Positions 61,265 through 64,000 of a stretch of DNA of 64,000 bases are shown here, piece after piece. The notes beneath the pieces were generated by a model. That model had not been told where the DNA came from and made no database searches. It saw only the letters and a program-made list of their open reading frames with translations. Position numbers and translations under genes: made by a program. The stretch's first letter is position 1. The number at the start of each line of letters is the position of its first letter. Origin of the DNA: an uncultured Candidatus Peribacteria bacterium (GTDB lineage Bacteria > Patescibacteriota > Gracilibacteria > Absconditabacterales > Absconditicoccaceae); contig CAYXZL010000003.1 in the NCBI GenBank assembly GCA_964469925.1, positions 40,448 to 104,447 of the forward strand, in the 5' to 3' direction.

Positions 61265-64000
61265 TTAGTTTCTTGGATTATTGAGGGCATGGTAGTAATT
61301 AACAATATCGCGAACCTCCTCACGAATAGCGACAGAACGAACTCGATCATCAAGCTCTTTACCTGTAGAAGCTGGATTAGGCCTGGGGATGAGTTCAAAG
61401 CTTTTTTGGGTCATGCGGTCACGACCAAAGGGATAGCAGGTTGTGGCACGCCTTGCAAAAGTAATTCAGGGACGAAATGCAGGTCAATCTTGAGGTCTTA
61501 CAGGATTGATAGTACCAAACATGAGATCAGTAAATCAGCTAGCACTAAATGACATGAGAACAGGAGCGGCAGAGTCTCAGCTATGGATACAGGTATCAAG
61601 GAGGAGGGTCGGCTCACCAGCATTGAGATAGAGATTTTTATACCTTGTTTGAAACTCAGTCTGGATGTCCTCAAAGCTTTCTGGCAACGAAAAAGGATCG
61701 CAGGCATTTCCTTTTCTGTTTTGCTCATCAATAATATATCTCGCCTCCTCTTCATCGTACATTTCTTTTGACTTAAATCCCATAGGATTAACAAAATAGA
61801 TTTTAGGCCTTTGTGCTCTGGGCCGCCCTTCCAAGTTCCAGTACCTCATAAGACCCAGTGCCATTGGCCTCATAGAGCGATCAAACAAAACAAGGTTCTT
61901 AATGCCATGAGTCCTAATATAGTCTGAGACACTCACGATGTGTCCATACAGCTCAGCCCTTGCCATCTCAGTGTCGAAGATGTCGTATTGTCTACCATTG
62001 CTATCAGTGTCTGTCTTGCCACAATATCACTCTCTGATCAGCCACGATGCTTGCTCAATCGTCAATCAACCATCAATCAAGATACGCATTTTTCTTGCTA
62101 ACTGCTCAGGTGTATAATTGTAAAGCTTAGCAGGTGTGCCATCTTTACCTTTCTCTCCACTACCAACTTGATGGGCGACCTCAATGAGTTCTTGAAGGGC
62201 AATATCGCTGATGTCGGGGGTCTGTCTGTTGGAAAATTGTTCTTTGAAAGGAGCAACTTTTTGACTCTTATCCAGCTTACTATTGGCTTGTTTACGGATA
62301 CGTTCAGTTTCGATACTATCATCTTCAAGGTCACGTTGAATAACGTCGAGTGCGAGATCTTCTGATACAAGATCTTTTCATCATCTGATAGCAGCATCAG
62401 CTCTTATATCGATACCTGCACCAAGCGATTCACGTAAACGTCTTTTCAGAGACTCTAATGATTTGCCCGTACCAATCGTGTCGTCAATGAGGGTAATATG
62501 AGAAACGCCACGCAAAAATTCGGCAGGAGTTTGAGATGGCGAGATTGCTGTGTAGGAAATCGTCCCATCAGCTTGTCTCTCAAGCACCCATCCATGGTAA
62601 TTGCTATTGGGGTCGCCGTTTTGGTGTGGATCGAGAAAAAACACTTTGTCACCAGTCTTTTTGAGAGATGCTCTCGCACTTTCCATCATAAGGAGCCCAG
62701 CATACAGCATAACGACTGGCGTCCTACCATCTTTGCGACAACGGTCGAAGATGAGTGTTCCCCTCATGTTAAACAGGTCAAATCACTGTCTACTCACTTG
62801 TGCGGCTTTGGCAGCATTGATAGTTCTAGTAGGATCATTGACCGCCTCCAGTGCATTCGTCACAGCAGCTTGATAGTCTGCCTGATCCGTAGCTGTTTTG
62901 TCAGATGATTGGAAAGTTAGATAGGCATCGATGACAGCGTCTTGCTGTGGACCAGCATCAGTATACTTGCAAGCGAAGTAGAATCATAAGTCACCAAACT
63001 TTGGATGAAGAAGATCTGTAATCTCGCTCTTCCCAAACTGAGCTTGTCTGTGTTGAAGTGCATCTAAAGAGCTAGGTGGAAGGAGTGTGGGAATCGACTG
63101 CTCTGGAAGTGTAAAAGCAGAGACAAGAGCGTTTATCGTGTTGATCAGACGCTGTCTGATGGCCCAATCAGTAGGATCCATGTTTTCTATGAGTCAGTTG
63201 TAGATGGAGAGGAGTGTGCTTGCACGTTTTTGCAACTTCTCGAGTTCTCATTTATTTTTAAGGAGTTCTAGTGCTCATCATCATGACGCTCTGGAGGTAG
63301 TCATGGCAGTAAGTGCTATGGTTTCTAAATAATCATCAACTGTGTTGATCTGAAAAACCGTCTGGAAGGTTTGGTTGATGCCAAGGTGCGTAAGATCCAT
63401 GATCCCATTAGTCAAGAGCTCTTCACTAATTTCTCCTACCACTTCGTAACCAAACCTTTTGACAATCTCACGTTTGGTCATATCTCCCAAATATTTGCTC
63501 ATGTATCAGCCAGAGAGTTTTTCTCAGACTAGGCTTTCTACGACACCATCGACGCTACTAGCAAAAAAGGCATATTCTGCAGCTCAAGCTCACGTTAGTC
63601 CGCTATTGATAGCAAGTGTAAGGTTGTCGTCTAAGCGACCAAAATAGGCCCATCACAGCTTCCCAAGTACATCAGAACTAGGGGGTATATACTCCGCAAC
63701 GACACCAGCACGGACCAAGAGTGATTCAGCCTGTTCGGAGAGGAACCTAGCTCCTGTCCTCATGAGGAGAAAGTCAGTGTAGGCACTTTCTGTTTTATAA
63801 AAAAGTGATCAGATGTTCCAACTCCCGTCAGGGTTGACAAGAGGGGTAGAGGCCATGACTGATGCTGGCGTGGTAATAATGCCAGTAGTCTTACTAAACA
63901 GATTTCCTTTGTTCCAATCATCAATCATCTGAGCTTCATATTTATCGTCTGATAGCCATTTTGCCCCAGCAACACTCAAGTCATAGGGAGATTTGAGTGT
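61265..64000 (-). CDS. giant hypothetical protein with two PRTase-like modules; N-terminus beyond the right edge (more than 911 aa visible)
   Basis: Fragments 63281, 62984, 62381 and 61577 share one frame, open to position 64000. TAA at 61265-61267. HITLIDDTIGTGKSL and TLLLDTCIHSGDS resemble type-I phosphoribosyltransferase PRPP loops. Confidence 0.7.

Overview
This 64-kb window is a gene-dense chromosomal segment from a bacterium that reads UGA as glycine (translation table 25: Gracilibacteria or Absconditabacteria/SR1, Candidate Phyla Radiation). The supplied standard-code ORF track is therefore fragmented. I stitched same-frame fragments across in-frame TGA and anchored all coordinates to the ORF-track boundaries. 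This resolves about 55 protein genes, one tRNA-Leu(CAA) and several intrinsic terminators. Only TAA and TAG end genes. Housekeeping genes: recA, an isolated atpD, gatA, ssb, lepB, hsp20, trhO, an IMPACT/YigZ-like gene, an MscS-family channel, a VIT1/CCC1 transporter, a GNAT, and an OmpR-type two-component pair. Five unusual blocks stand out. (i) At 1-8.3 kb, an island of three carboxylate-amine ligase-like genes (two GCS2-like, one possibly ATP-grasp/GspS-like), three metallopeptidases (two M49/DPP3-like paralogs, one M20) and a TrpR/YerC-like regulator. (ii) At 10.8-17.9 kb, a Csc/WxL-like cell-surface cluster with two WxL-like genes and four tandem CscA-like paralogs. (iii) At 57.4-61.1 kb, a split ATP-citrate lyase (aclB/aclA) with a PGAM-type histidine phosphatase wedged between the subunits. 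(iv) Four giant ORFs that together occupy about a quarter of the window: 1750 aa, 1360 aa, a 1289-aa thrombospondin-type-3 repeat protein, and an edge-truncated ORF of more than 911 aa with tandem PRTase-like modules. (v) A VirB2/TrbC-like pilin gene followed by a triplicated pilin-hairpin protein. I recognised no rRNA, CRISPR array, transposase, integrase or reverse transcriptase. All functional calls rest on motifs read by eye and on remembered family consensus; none is a database result.
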